Part shown: piece after piece, positions 1 through 12,829 of the stretch
Numbering within the stretch: position 1 is the stretch's first letter
Layout of the letters: each line of letters opens with the position of its first letter
Origin: Octopus sinensis
Lineage: Eukaryota
Assembly: GCF_006345805.1 (NCBI RefSeq)
Contig: NC_042998.1
Span: 82,088,001-82,152,000 of the forward strand
DNA length: 64,000 bases
Direction: 5' to 3'
Position numbers and translations under genes: made by a program
The notes under the pieces: generated by a model
The model's input: the letters and a program-made list of their open reading frames with translations, nothing else
Databases searched by the model: none
Told to the model about the DNA's origin: nothing

Positions 1-106
1 TATATTATATATATATATAATAATAATAAATATTAGGGAATAAATCCAAACTTACAGGGAAAAATCAGATTTAGGATTGAATCCAATTTTATAGTAAAAT
101 ATTATA

Positions 107-1246
107 TTATATTAAATTAGAGAGAAAACCACTGTTAGGTAAATCAAACAATGAAAAACTTAAGCCAATACATAAGATTATTTAATTTATATTATTTAAA
201 TATATAACAAAATTATTAAAAAAATATAATTAATATCACACTACGATCGTTTCATGCCTGCTAACATCTTCAAATTTTTGAGTCGCAGTCATTCACCAGG
301 TGGTTTAAATATCTAAAATATAATCAATATATTTAAGATATAAATAATATATATAATATAATAATTTGACTTATAATAAACTCTATTATTAAATATGATT
401 ATATCGAAATCGACTATAATGTTAAATATTAACTTTAATTTATAAGGTAGATAACCCATAATCTAATATCAATATTAGTCTATATCTAATTACATAAATA
501 TTTAAAATGACTAATATATATAAATTATCAATGAAAATATATATAAATATTATAATGAAGATCTAAAATAATCTCTATAAATAATTGTATATAATGAAAA
601 CCTAATAAATTTAATTTTTCATATTTAAAGATGAAATAACTAATTTCAAAATACAAATAAACTAACTAAAACTGACTTTCAACTCTTATGTAAAATACTT
701 ATAGAAATATTCAATTCTTAGTAATATAGTATTAAATAAATACTATAAGTACTATAAATATAATTATGAATGGGAATGATTATCTAATATAAATTATGCT
801 ATTAAATTAAACATGGCTTAGACCAATCTTTAGTCGAAACATATCTAATTTTATCAAAGTTTATCAAATTTATTTAATATCTAATAACATAGAAAATTAC
901 GATAATTAGATCATTACATAAACAACAATATTTACCTAAGGATAATATTATTACTCCAAAGGCTTATACAATATTAAAATTTACAATTTGAAGATCTTAA
1001 AAAGATACATACTTTTCTTGGCGAGGTTTAAACAATGAACTAAAATTTTGAATCAAAAAACGTCTTATATATAATAAAACGTCTTATATAGATGTTAGCA
1101 GGCATGAAACGATCGTAGTGTGATATTAATTATATTTTTTTAATAATTTTGTTATATATTTAAATAATATAAATTAAATAATCTTATGTATTGGCTTAAG
1201 TCTTTCATTGTTTGATTTGCCTAATAGGGGTTTTGTCTCTAATTTA

Positions 1247-1252
<6 letters not shown>
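107..1252. repeat. Inverted repeat pair (~163 bp arms: 107-269 and 1090-1252) around an ~820-bp very AT-rich spacer; probable Penelope-type pseudo-LTR arms
   Basis: ctacgatcgtttcatgcctgctaacatct (241-269) is the reverse complement of agatgttagcaggcatgaaacgatcgtag (1090-1118), and the match continues outward with few mismatches. The arms carry a GAAAC-GATC-GTA hammerhead-like 3' half. Confidence 0.85.
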
Positions 1253-1287
<35 letters not shown>

Positions 1288-1526
1288 AAGGTGAAATATA
1301 ATTAATTTATAAAATTAATAAATTTCACCTAGTAGTTTTACTGGTATGGAAAAGACCATATTTGGTAAGGATTATATTAATTATAATAAAGGGTTAATTA
1401 CAACCGTTGCTCAAAATTGTGGTTTTGAGCAACTTGTTGCAATTAGCCCTTTATTATATATATATATATATATTATATATATTATATATATATATATATA
1501 TATTATATATATTTATTATATATATA

Positions 1527-1583
<57 letters not shown>

Positions 1584-1675
1584 TTATTATATATATTATT
1601 ATTATTATTATAATATATATAATATAATATATATATATTATATATATATATATACATATATATATATTATATATA
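1250..1675. repeat. Imperfect (TA)n microsatellite tracts (1250-1282 and ~1450-1675)
   Basis: Directly visible. The IYIY-type ORFs here are translation artefacts. Confidence 0.95.
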
Positions 1676-2448
1676 TATTCAGAGGTACTTTTCTGGTGTG
1701 AAACATCTATTATATTTGTGTCTACTAATAAAATAAATGTATGATGTAATGCTAGTTCCATGAAACAGTGGTCAGTCTTGCGCTGCGTAAGATCAATTGA
1801 GCCTACATTGATTGTGAAAAATATAGAAATGAATATAATTTTCTAGAATCCCACGGAGACGAAATTCTAAGAGTTGAAGCTGCATTTTTCGACTAGCACG
1901 TCATATGTTAGAATCTAGGACAGTTGTTGGAGATAAACGATATTTCATTCCACGTCAGTTTTAAAGACAGGCATACACGCTCACACACACACGCTCACAC
2001 ACACACGCTCACACACACACGCTCACACACTCATATACAGTCATATATGTGTATGTATGTGTCTATGTGGAATAGATACATACATGTAGACATTCATATG
2101 TAGAAATGTATATAATGTGTGAGTGTATGCGTGTGTACCTGTGTGTATGTATCCTATATAATGTTGTAGTAATGAAGTTAAAAAACTGATATTTTGAAAC
2201 GATTTAATACGAAGTGCATCCAACACGTGAAATCTTCCTCGGTTAAAACATTTCAACATGTCCACTTATGCTGATACACACACCACGATTTGGATCAGTT
2301 TTCATTCTAGTCGAAACTTTTGGTACCGTTCTCCACTTATTAGAGTAATACAATATACACACAAAACAACAAAAACACACACACATACGCATACATATTT
2401 ACATACATCCATGCATAAGTACATACATACACACACACAACACACACA

Positions 2449-2479
<31 letters not shown>

Positions 2480-2482
2480 CAC

Positions 2483-2532
<50 letters not shown>

Positions 2533-2799
2533 CGTAACTATAGACTTACATACATACAGATAATAACTGACAGATCCCTTTTTTTTCTTTTCTTTCTCCG
2601 TATTTTATTCTCATTATTTCGAACTAATACAGGCAGAGTGAGCCTTTTATAAGTTTAAAAGAAGAAGGGAAAAGAAGGAAGGAAAAAGAGGAAGAAGGAT
2701 ATAGGGAGAAAGAGAGAGGAAAAAAGTAAGAGAAGGAGGGAAAAATGTTCGGAGATAAAACTATCAACAAAAAAAATACAGACGAATACAGATCTGCTA

Positions 2800-5700
2800 G
2801 CCTTAAGAAGCTGCGCTACGAGCAATGCTTACGTGTAGAGGACCCTAAACTGACAGATCCATCTCCTAATGTAAGTATGGAAGCTCGTCATGCTTCAATG
2901 TCAACAAATCAAACTGTAACCCGCATTGATCGTCTCGCGGATTACAAAAGACCACGTACCCGAAAATTGAACCAAATTCTGATTGAAAAATCAGCTACTG
3001 GATCAAATCTTCCCAACACACAGGAGCTGGACATACCCCACAACCAGAATATTCCAACATATGGCCATCCATGCTCGTCACCAAATAATCAAAAGAAAAA
3101 GAAGGAAAATGGTCTAGGGAAGATAATAAAGAAATTCTACCATGCCATATATTTCCCCACAGATAAATCTAACACTGTACAAACATACTTAAACTGGAGA
3201 CAGAAACACCCTAAAGTAAGACAGTAACAAACTTGCCAACGTCAGGAGAAACATTATAAAAAAAAATTACTGACTGAAGTAGAGATTCATCAAGTTAGAC
3301 GAGCAATATCGGATAAAATGAACGAAACTGCAGCTAGAGAAGATAATACAGAGGAAATAATTATAGACCAGCCCAGGGCTGATAAAAACGTAGTAAGGAT
3401 TGAAATAGTTAGTATAAGTGATAGGCAAAGTTAAATACTCCCTGAACCAATCATAAACACTAAGACAGATGAACATCAAATAGATAAAGAAAGTCACACA
3501 AATATTGACCCAACAGAACTACATGAGCTAAATCATGATTGAATGGCTGAAAATTAAAGAAACCAGCATGGATGAACGTGATACACTCCCTAAAATCCGC
3601 AATTCTAACCAAAACATGAAAATAATTGGTAAAATCCGGCTTGCACTTAAGGATATAATTACAGCTAATGATGTTGATATCACAAATCTCAACCACCTAT
3701 ACTATGCATCCGCGAAAATCTCAACGATCCTATGTAGTGTAAAGATTAGAAAACGGCAACACTCCCACAAAAAGCCTTCTTGGCAAGAGCGATTGCAACA
3801 ACAAATTAAACCATTTAGATCTGACATTGAATATTCGAAAAACCTTAAGGTTCACAAGACTACCAAACCTACAAAAACCCAAAAATTACTGAAAAAATAC
3901 AATATGAAAACTATACTTGATATTGATGCCACCATAGAAACCATCAAACAAAAACAACGAAAAAAAAAACAACGAAAGGATTGACAGAATATCTACAGAA
4001 CTGGACCCCTTAGAAGAGCAAAAGTGGGAGGGTGTCAAGGTAGAAGATATAAGATCTGCTCTCAGGAAGTCAAGCAAATGGAAGTCTCCAGGAAAGGATA
4101 AAATTCCTAACTTCTGGCTGAATGCCTTCCCAGAGAGCCATGAACTGCTAACAGAACTGTACAATGATGTTTTGCAACACCCTAGTAGGATGCCTCCTTG
4201 GCTAGTTAATCGGTTAGCATTCCTGCTTCTAAAAAGTGAAGAAACAAATGAACCAAAAAATTATAGACCCATAACCTGCTTAACAACTATGTATAAAACG
4301 CTAACATCTGTCCTGACGGAATATACTTATAGATTTTAACAGACAGCAGCATATTCCCTAATGAACAGAAAGGTTGTAAACGTGGATCCTACGGCTGTAA
4401 AGATCAACAACTCATCAATAAGATGATCTTAGAAGATTGTCACAAACGACACAAAAACTTATCAATAGCTTGGATAGACTATAAAAAGGCTTTTGATAGA
4501 CTACCACATAGCTGGATTAGGAAATGCCTGGAAATGTATAAGATAGCACCTACTCTGCGAAACTTTTTCACTATAAGTATGAGATCATGGAGAACCACAC
4601 TAACTCTGAACAGTGACAATGAATCCCTAAATGCTGGTGATGTAAACATTTCGTATGGCATTTTACAGGGTGACTCACTGTCACCACTCCTCTTTTGTTT
4701 AGCCTTAATACCTCTCTCAAAACTGCTCAATGACGCGCAGTACGGGTATAAAATGTTTGATAAAAATATAAATCATCTCATTTACATGGATGGTTTAAAG
4801 ATTTTGCAAAAAATGACCAACAACTCAAGGGCTTACTAGCGATAGTCAAACAATTCAGTGACGACATCAGAATGCAATTCGGCCTCGATAAATGTGCAAA
4901 AGCTACCTTTATCAAAGGAAAAAATGACAGAAACATCTAACGTTAACCTTGACCAGCAGAATGTCATAAAAGAACTAGACCCAACGGAGAGCTACAAGTA
5001 TCTAGGGGTAATTGAAGGGAACGGAATAAGACGTTCAGAGATGAAGGAAAGGATCAGGAGAGAATGTTATCGAAGAGTGAGAGCAATACTCAAGACAGAG
5101 CTGAATGCATGAAACAGGATCGAAGTGATCAATGCACTAGCCATACCAGTCGTGACTTACAGTTTTAATATCGTTAACTGGTCAATTACTGAAATATGTC
5201 AGCTCGACAGAGAAATAAGAAAACTGTTGACAATGCATAGAATGCACCACCCTAAGGCAGATACAGAACGACTTTATCTGCCAAGAAAAGAGGGAGGCCG
5301 TGGTCTTCTGCAACTAGCAATAACAATGAAGATTGCTACAATTGACCTAGACACCTACCTGAAAAAGTCTGAGGACTGGATGTTAAAACTTGTCTCAAAG
5401 CATGAAAACAAGAAAGCATCATACTCAGTAACAAAACAGGCAAAGGAATATCTAAGTGAAATCCGAATACAGCAAATTTCGGAATTAGAGATAGACATAC
5501 AAGAAACAAGCACAGAAAAAGCTAAGCGCATGAAAACCCGTGCTAAAACTGCGGCCTTAGATATTCTGAATGATAAATGGCAAGAAAAACCTCTCTATGG
5601 CAAATACCCAAAGAGAGCGAATAATGCAGATATTGACAAAGCCCTGACCCACCAATGGCTAATGGCCTCTGGCATAAAATCTGAAGCAGAAGGGTTTATC

Positions 5701-6539
5701 ATAGCAGCTCAAGATCAATGCCTACCAACAAGAAACTACCAGGCCAACATATTAAAGAACGGCAGCAGCCCAACATGTCGTGTATGCCGACAACAAAATG
5801 AAACCATTGATCATGTTGTCTCCAAATGCAGTCTTCTAGCGCCTACAGAGTACCTCAACAGGCATGATAGAGCTGCACAATATATTCACTGGGTAATTTG
5901 CAAAAACCTGGATTTGCTCCATGAAAAAAACTGGTGGGAACACAATCCACCTCCAGTACTTGAAAATAACCGCATCTCACTCCTCTGGAACTTCACCATT
6001 CAAACTGAAAGAAAGGTAGATGCAAATAGGCCAGACATCATATTGAAAGACTTCAGACAAAGAACATGCCTCCTCATTGATATGACTGTCCCAATCGATA
6101 TAAACGTATCTGTCAAGACCTACCAAAAACTGAGCAAATATAAAGATCTTGAAATAGAAATCAGCAAAATATGGAAGCTGAAGACTAAAACAATACCTGT
6201 TGTCATAGGTGCCCTGGGAATGATAGCGAAAGGGGCTGATTGCTACCTAACTCAGATACCAGGAAACCCCAAAATGGCAGAAATTTAAAAGATAGTGATC
6301 ATGGGAACTGCTCATATTCCTACGCAAAATACTCTCTATGTAATCCCAAGGTTTAAAACAAACTTTTTTTAAAAATCTATGTATTAGACATTCACTAGTA
6401 TAACACCAAAAAAAAAACAAAACGAATATATGGCACACTAGGCATATCAACAGCGTGAACTTCCAAACTGTTGTCTCTTGAGGTCTCTGGGTGAGACTTG
6501 GAGCCAACTTGTACAGACATAAAGCAAAAGTCAAACATA

Positions 6540-6540
<1 letters not shown>
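2800..6540 (+). mobile_element. R4/Dong-clade non-LTR retrotransposon, near full length, inactivated; ends in (AAT)n
   Basis: RT, CCHC and restriction-like endonuclease motifs appear in order. The 3' UTR ends aaagcaaaagtcaaacatag, followed directly by (AAT)n at 6541. The 5' boundary is approximate. Confidence 0.9.
2877..6343 (+). pseudogene. Disrupted single ORF of the R4/Dong element (RT + zinc knuckle + REL endonuclease)
   Basis: ORF pieces contain [47 protein letters not shown] (YMDD mutated), CRVCRQQNETIDHVVSKC, RHD, NRPDII, LIDMTVP and KYKDL. Several stops and frameshifts interrupt it. Confidence 0.9.
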
Positions 6541-6574
<34 letters not shown>

Positions 6575-6594
6575 TAATAATAATAATATAATAA

Positions 6595-6625
<31 letters not shown>

Positions 6626-6651
6626 AAGAAGAAGAAGAAGAAGAAGAAGAA
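6541..6651 (+). repeat. Compound microsatellite: (AAT)n 6541-6597 then (GAA)n 6598-6651
   Basis: Directly visible between R4 copy 1 and the 22-bp array. Confidence 0.95.
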
Positions 6652-7158
6652 GCATCATAAGACAGAAAGCATCATACTCAGTCAAAGAAGCATCATACAG
6701 TAAAGCATCATACTCAGTCACAGAAAGCATCATACTCAGTCACAGAAAGCATCATACTCAGTCACAGAAAGCATCATACTCAGTCTAAGAAAGCATCATA
6801 CTCAGTCACAGAAAGCATCATACTCAGTCTAAGAAAGCATCATACTCAGTCACAGAAAGCATCATACTCAGTCACAGAAAGCATCATACTCAGTCACAGA
6901 AAGCATCATACTCAGTCACAGAAAGCATCATACTCAGTCTAAGAAAGCATCATACTCAGTCACAGAAAGCATCATACTCAGTCTAAGAAAGCATCATACT
7001 CAGTCAGAAGCATCATACTCAGTCTAAGAAAGCATCATACTCAGTCACAGAAAGCATCATACTCAGTCTAAGAAAGCATCATACTCAGTCACAGAAAGCA
7101 TCATACTCAGTCACAGAAAGCATCATACTCAGTCACAGAAAGCATCATACTCAGTCAC
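6652..7158 (+). repeat. Minisatellite of ~22 units of 22 bp (cacagaaagcatcatactcagt / ctaagaaagcatcatactcagt)
   Basis: Head-to-tail units with two interleaved variants and a few shortened units. The unit matches R4 coding sequence at ~5410-5430. Confidence 0.95.
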
Positions 7159-8288
7159 AAAACAGGCAAAGGAATATCTAAGTGAATTCCGAATACAACC
7201 AATTTCGGAATTAGAGATAGACATACAAGAAACAAGTACAGAAAAAGCTAGGCGCATGAAAACCCGTGCCAAAACTGCGGCCTTAGATATTCTGAATAAT
7301 AAATGGCAAGAAAAACCTCTCTATGGCAAATACCCAAAGAGAGCGAATAATGCAGATATCGACAAAGCCCTGACCCATCAATGGCTAATGGCCTCTGGCT
7401 TAAAATCTGAAACAGAGGGGTTTATCATAGCAGCTCAAGATCAATGCCTACCAACAAGAAACTACCAGGCCAACATATTAAAGATCAGAAGCAGTCCAAC
7501 GTGTCGTGTATGCAAGCAACAAAATGAAACCATTGACCATGTGGTCTCCAAGTGCAGTCTTCTAGCGCCTACAGAGTATCTCAACAGGCACGATAGAGCT
7601 GCACAATATATTCACTGGGTAATCTGTAAAAACCTGGATTTGCCCCATGAAAAAAACTGGTGGGAACCGAAACCACCCCCAGTGCTTGAAAATGACCACA
7701 TCTCACTCCTCTGGAACTTCACCATTCAAACTGACAGGAAGATAGATGCAAATAGGCCAGACATCATATTGAAAGACTTCAAACAAAGAACATGCCTCCT
7801 CATTGATATGACTGTCCCAATCGATATAAACGTATCTGTCAGGACCTACCAAAAACTGAGCAAATATAAAGATCTTGAAATAGAAATCAGCAAAATGTGG
7901 AAGCTGAAGACTAAAACAATACCTGTTGTCATAGGTGCCCTGGGAATGATAGCAAAAGGGGCTGATAGCTACCTAACTCAGATACCAGGAAACCCAAAAA
8001 TGGCAGAAGTTCAAAAGATAGTGCTCATGGAACTGCTCATATCCTACGCAAAATACTCTCTATGTAACCTCAAGGTTTAAAACAACCATAATTTTCGGTT
8101 TAAAAAAAAAAAAAAAAAAAAAAAAACTCTTTTTTTTTAGACATTCATTAGTACAACATCCCCACCCCCCAAATATATGGCACACTAGGCATAACAACAA
8201 CATGAACTTCCAACCCTGTTGTCTCTTGAGGTCTCTGGGTGAGACTTGGAGCCAACTTGTACAAATATAAAGCAAAAGTCAAACATAC
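7137..8288 (+). mobile_element. 5'-truncated second copy of the same R4/Dong family, in tandem with copy 1; followed by (AAT)n at 8289-8312
   Basis: Closely matches 5410-6540. ORF 7256-8080 encodes the CCHC and REL domains, with a 1-bp deletion near the C-terminus (atggaactg versus atgggaactg). It has the same 3' end, aaagcaaaagtcaaacata. Confidence 0.92.
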
Positions 8289-8354
8289 AATAATAATAAT
8301 AATAATAATAACATCAAAAAATACCTTAGGAATAAGAACCCAAGTTCGAAATTT

Positions 8355-8410
8355 CCCCAAGATACCTCATGAAAAGTGGACGGTGTATCAGTCGAAACGT
8401 TGTGTTAACA
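8355..8410 (+). ncRNA. Degenerate minimal hammerhead-ribozyme-like motif in a short Penelope-type repeat
   Basis: gatac-CTCATGA-aaagtggacggtgtatcagtc-GAAACGT-T-gtgtt. Stem I can pair (gatac/gtgtt), but the core has G5 changed to C, so it is probably inactive. Confidence 0.45.
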
Positions 8411-9269
8411 ACAAGCATGGGGAGGACAAGTATCCGTCAAATGTAAATAACTTACATAATTCCTTATCTCTTAAATATAGAACAGCATCAATTATATCTA
8501 GAATAACAATGACGACGGTACCACCTACAACATAGAAACTGGATACAGGAAATGGCTTTAGATTACTACCAATAATTATTGGAATACAATAATTAGCAAC
8601 ACGTACTTGGCAACATGGCTAAATGCCACAGTATCAGTCTTGAGTATGAAAAGATTACAGCTATTAGCTGTGTCACAATACAGAAAATTAGCCATGAAAT
8701 AATATCCACATATGTAATGACATCAGTGCCTGCACCTACTGTCCGGTTGTACATAAAAACTAATATCTACATACCTGTAGGTGCATGTAAGCATACACAT
8801 GTGAATGTATACGTACATATACACATTCATATACATATATACTTGCAAGATTGCCATGTTGATGTTACCAAAGTCCCAATGAAATAGCCTTGTTTCGAGA
8901 ATAGAAACTGGTTCTTGTACAATTACACATACATACATACATACATACATGATATATTTATACATACGTACAGGCATACATACATTACGCGTTGTATTTG
9001 AGGTACTAATCATTCATTTAAATAAGCCAGTGAAATAGAGTCAAACAGCGGAGGATTTGTTTATTGATTACGGCTGTTACAGATTCTTAATTAAAATCAT
9101 TTATCTTCTTGTATGGTTACCCTCTCCTACACATATATACGTGTGTATGTGCAGCATGTTTGTACAAGACTCCCTGTTAATGCTCTCTGAATTTCAATGA
9201 AACAACCTTCATTCAACCGGCTATGTTTATCTGTTAGGAACTAAGAAATCAATATATTCAGTTATTCAT

Positions 9270-9510
9270 TTACCGATGTCAGCCAAAGGTTAGGACCATG
9301 CCGGAGCATCGCCGTTCAGTGTCTTTCAGTTTCCTTTCCCTATCATTTTTGATGAAGACGTGAGTTGGATAGAGTTGCTCGTCCTTGTACCTCTTGCGGC
9401 GATGTGGTTTCCTGACACAAATTTGCCCAGGTGCTTTTTGTGGGTCTCCGCATCTATGCCGTGGAAATCTCTGAGGCTGTTTGGCAAGATGTTAAACAAT
9501 TGTGGTTCGC
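9270..9510 (-). mobile_element. CR1/L2-type LINE 3' end fragment
   Basis: The minus-strand translation GFSEPQLFNILPNSLRDFHG resembles the CR1 ORF2 C-terminus. It is followed by a short 3' UTR containing tgctccggcatgg. Confidence 0.65.
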
Positions 9511-9530
9511 TGAAACCCATTGTATGTATG

Positions 9531-9564
<34 letters not shown>

Positions 9565-9799
9565 CGTACGTATGTATTCAGAGAGTTTTGTTTCTGAATG
9601 AAAAAAAAACCGACAATGAGAAAATTTGAAAAAAATGCAAAGAACACCTTCCCATACATAATAGGTGTGTCGATATACGACTACATTCACGCTTATATGT
9701 ATACCGGTATATACATATATACATATACATATATATATACTTTGATAGGTTTCGGCCATTATTGGCCCAGGCCATGTCTAACTTAATAGCACCACCTGG

Positions 9800-9815
9800 T
9801 AAAATATATATATGA

Positions 9816-9850
<35 letters not shown>

Positions 9851-9869
9851 TATACATATATATAATAAT

Positions 9870-9954
<85 letters not shown>

Positions 9955-10012
9955 TTATATATATATATATACATATATATATTATTTATATATACATATA
10001 TATATATATATT

Positions 10013-10061
<49 letters not shown>

Positions 10062-10079
10062 ATACATATATATATATTT

Positions 10080-10134
<55 letters not shown>

Positions 10135-10156
10135 TATATATATATACATATACATA

Positions 10157-10196
<40 letters not shown>

Positions 10197-10205
10197 TATA
10201 TATAT

Positions 10206-10304
<99 letters not shown>

Positions 10305-10340
10305 TATATATGAATATATATATATGTGTGTATATATATA
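9800..10340. repeat. Long imperfect (TA)n tract with a local higher-order period of about 30 bp
   Basis: Directly visible. A catatata...tttatata unit recurs at ~9938-10090. Confidence 0.9.
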
Positions 10341-10381
10341 TACACATACACACACATACACACAGACACAGACACACGCAT

Positions 10382-10414
<33 letters not shown>

Positions 10415-10995
10415 CACACACAAATGAATGCAGTCACGTATACATGTATGCATTTCGATTAAAAGTAGGCAAAATATATGTGAAACAAAGACAAGTAAAG
10501 CTGAACTATGAATACTGCGCACGAATGTATAGTGCGCTTGAAATTGCTTCGACTAAAAGAATTAGAAATAGATAACAATATTAATGGAGTTGCTAACTTC
10601 GTTTCTGCTTTTAAAATTAATTATCCATGTAAATTAGCATAGGTATGAAGATTGAAAAGAAGAAAAGCAAATAATAATTACACTCCTACTATGTATTATT
10701 TATCAAGTCAAATAATTAATTCAGTGATTCAACGTACAGTCCATCCATCTTTGTATAGCGAATGGCTACTAATCATCCAGTTTAAGAATGCAAGTCTTTT
10801 AATTGATTCAAACAGCCGACGTTTATGTATATTGATTGTGGCTTTTATAGATTCTTAATTAAGCCATTTATATTTTTGTACACACAAATCCCCACCTATT
10901 TTTCTATCTATCCATCTAGTTAACTGGCTATTTTGCAAAGTATACACACACACACACACGCACACACACACACATATATTCATGTCCATACGTAT

Positions 10996-11038
<43 letters not shown>

Positions 11039-11854
11039 TATACATTTATATGCATGTAGGTTTACACACACACACGTACATACATGATAGATCTACATAC
11101 AGAGTAGGATGGAGAGAGACACATAAAGAGAAGTAGATAGATATATTGATAAAGACCAATTGAGATCAATAAAAATATATTGAGAGGTTAATTAAATTAT
11201 CGATCCGGGAATAACTAGACATTTACTTGTAGGTTGTTAATGAGTGAGCAAATGTGTGTGTGCGTGTGCGTATCTGTGTGTGTGTGTGCGTATGTGTGCG
11301 TGTGTGTGTGTGCATGCATACATAGTTATCGGTGCGTGTACGTGCTTAAATGTGCATGAATGTATGTGTACGTGTGAGTGTATTTATGAGAGTAAGCTAT
11401 ATTTGTGTCACGACAATGGGAAGCAGCATCGGTGATTACAGGCCAGAATTAATCTGCTGAGAATGATTAGTTCAAATATTGATTTACTAAATACAGACAA
11501 GATTACAAATTGGTAGTGAATGTCGAGTTGATCCCTAAGCATAATTCTCGTGATCAGATGAATAAAAAGACAAATCAGTTGCCTTCAGGATTTGAAATAA
11601 TTACTTAAAAGCGAGGAAACTAATGTCTAAATTCCCATCACCCAGCGTATCGGTTTGCTTCTTTCATTCATTAGACTGCGGTCATACTAGAGCACAGTCT
11701 GTAAGGGTTTTGATCCAATGAAACGAATCTATTAGTTATTTCATTTCTTAAGGCCTAGCTCTTGTACTTATCTTAACTGTTAAGTACGAGGTCATAAATA
11801 CACCAACACCAGTTGTAACAGCAGTGATGGATGTCGAAAATACACATACATATA

Positions 11855-11885
<31 letters not shown>

Positions 11886-11985
11886 ATATATAATATATAT
11901 ATATGTATATATAAGAAAATGGAGTGCCTCTGGATACATGTATCCCTTAGAGGTTTTAAACACCTCTAACTTATACCTTATATAA

Positions 11986-12019
<34 letters not shown>

Positions 12020-12079
12020 GTAGAGAGAGGGAGAGAGGGAGGAAGAGATAGATAGAGAGATAGAGAGAGAGTGAGAGAT

Positions 12080-12124
<45 letters not shown>

Positions 12125-12310
12125 GCACGTGTGTTTGAAAGGTTAAACGAAAACGCTCGCACACTAGAAAAAAGCTTCTCCCCAAATAAGGTTAGTAACA
12201 TCCTCATAAAAGGTTTCATGACTTTTTAAAAAAATATTTTAAAGTCCACTTTACACCTCAGAGTCTGTATTAAGTAATTCTCATAGACTTTCAAATTTAC
12301 ACACACACAC

Positions 12311-12410
<100 letters not shown>

Positions 12411-12829
12411 TACACGACGGGCTTCTTTCGATTTCTGTCTACCAAAACTCCTGACAAGGCTTTGGAAGATAGATACTTGTACAGGGGACTGAAATTAGGA
12501 TTACATGGTTTGGAAGCAAGCTTCTTACCACGCTAGAACGCCAGTGCTGCTTGCAGGAATGTATCGACTCTGTTCATATAAGTGCACTTTTACGCAATGA
12601 GTAACGTTAAAGTAACCTACATTTCCTTTAATATGGAATATCCATATAAGAATGTATATAAATAGGTGCCGCCGTATATACCATGTACACATAAACCATT
12701 ACGTATACATCAGAAACACGGGCTACCAACAAGAGCATTGAAAATAAATTAAGATCATCAGAAAACATCCACGTGAAAGATAATGACGAAAATTAACAAA
12801 ATGGATTATTTTAGAAAGAACAGGATATA

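Noticed and set aside
1975-2032. 14-bp (cacacacacacgct)x4 repeat and the ~21-bp duplication at ~26178-26217
   Set aside because: These are ordinary slippage products with no further structure.
1346-2563. ORFs rich in IY/YI, HT or CV dipeptides (also near 9578-11435, 42743-43197, 47669-47957 and 62569-63121)
   Set aside because: These are translations of (TA)n, (CA)n and (TG)n microsatellites.
6652-7158. CRISPR-like array
   Set aside because: Units are contiguous with no unique spacers, there are no cas genes, the context is eukaryotic, and the unit derives from R4 coding sequence.
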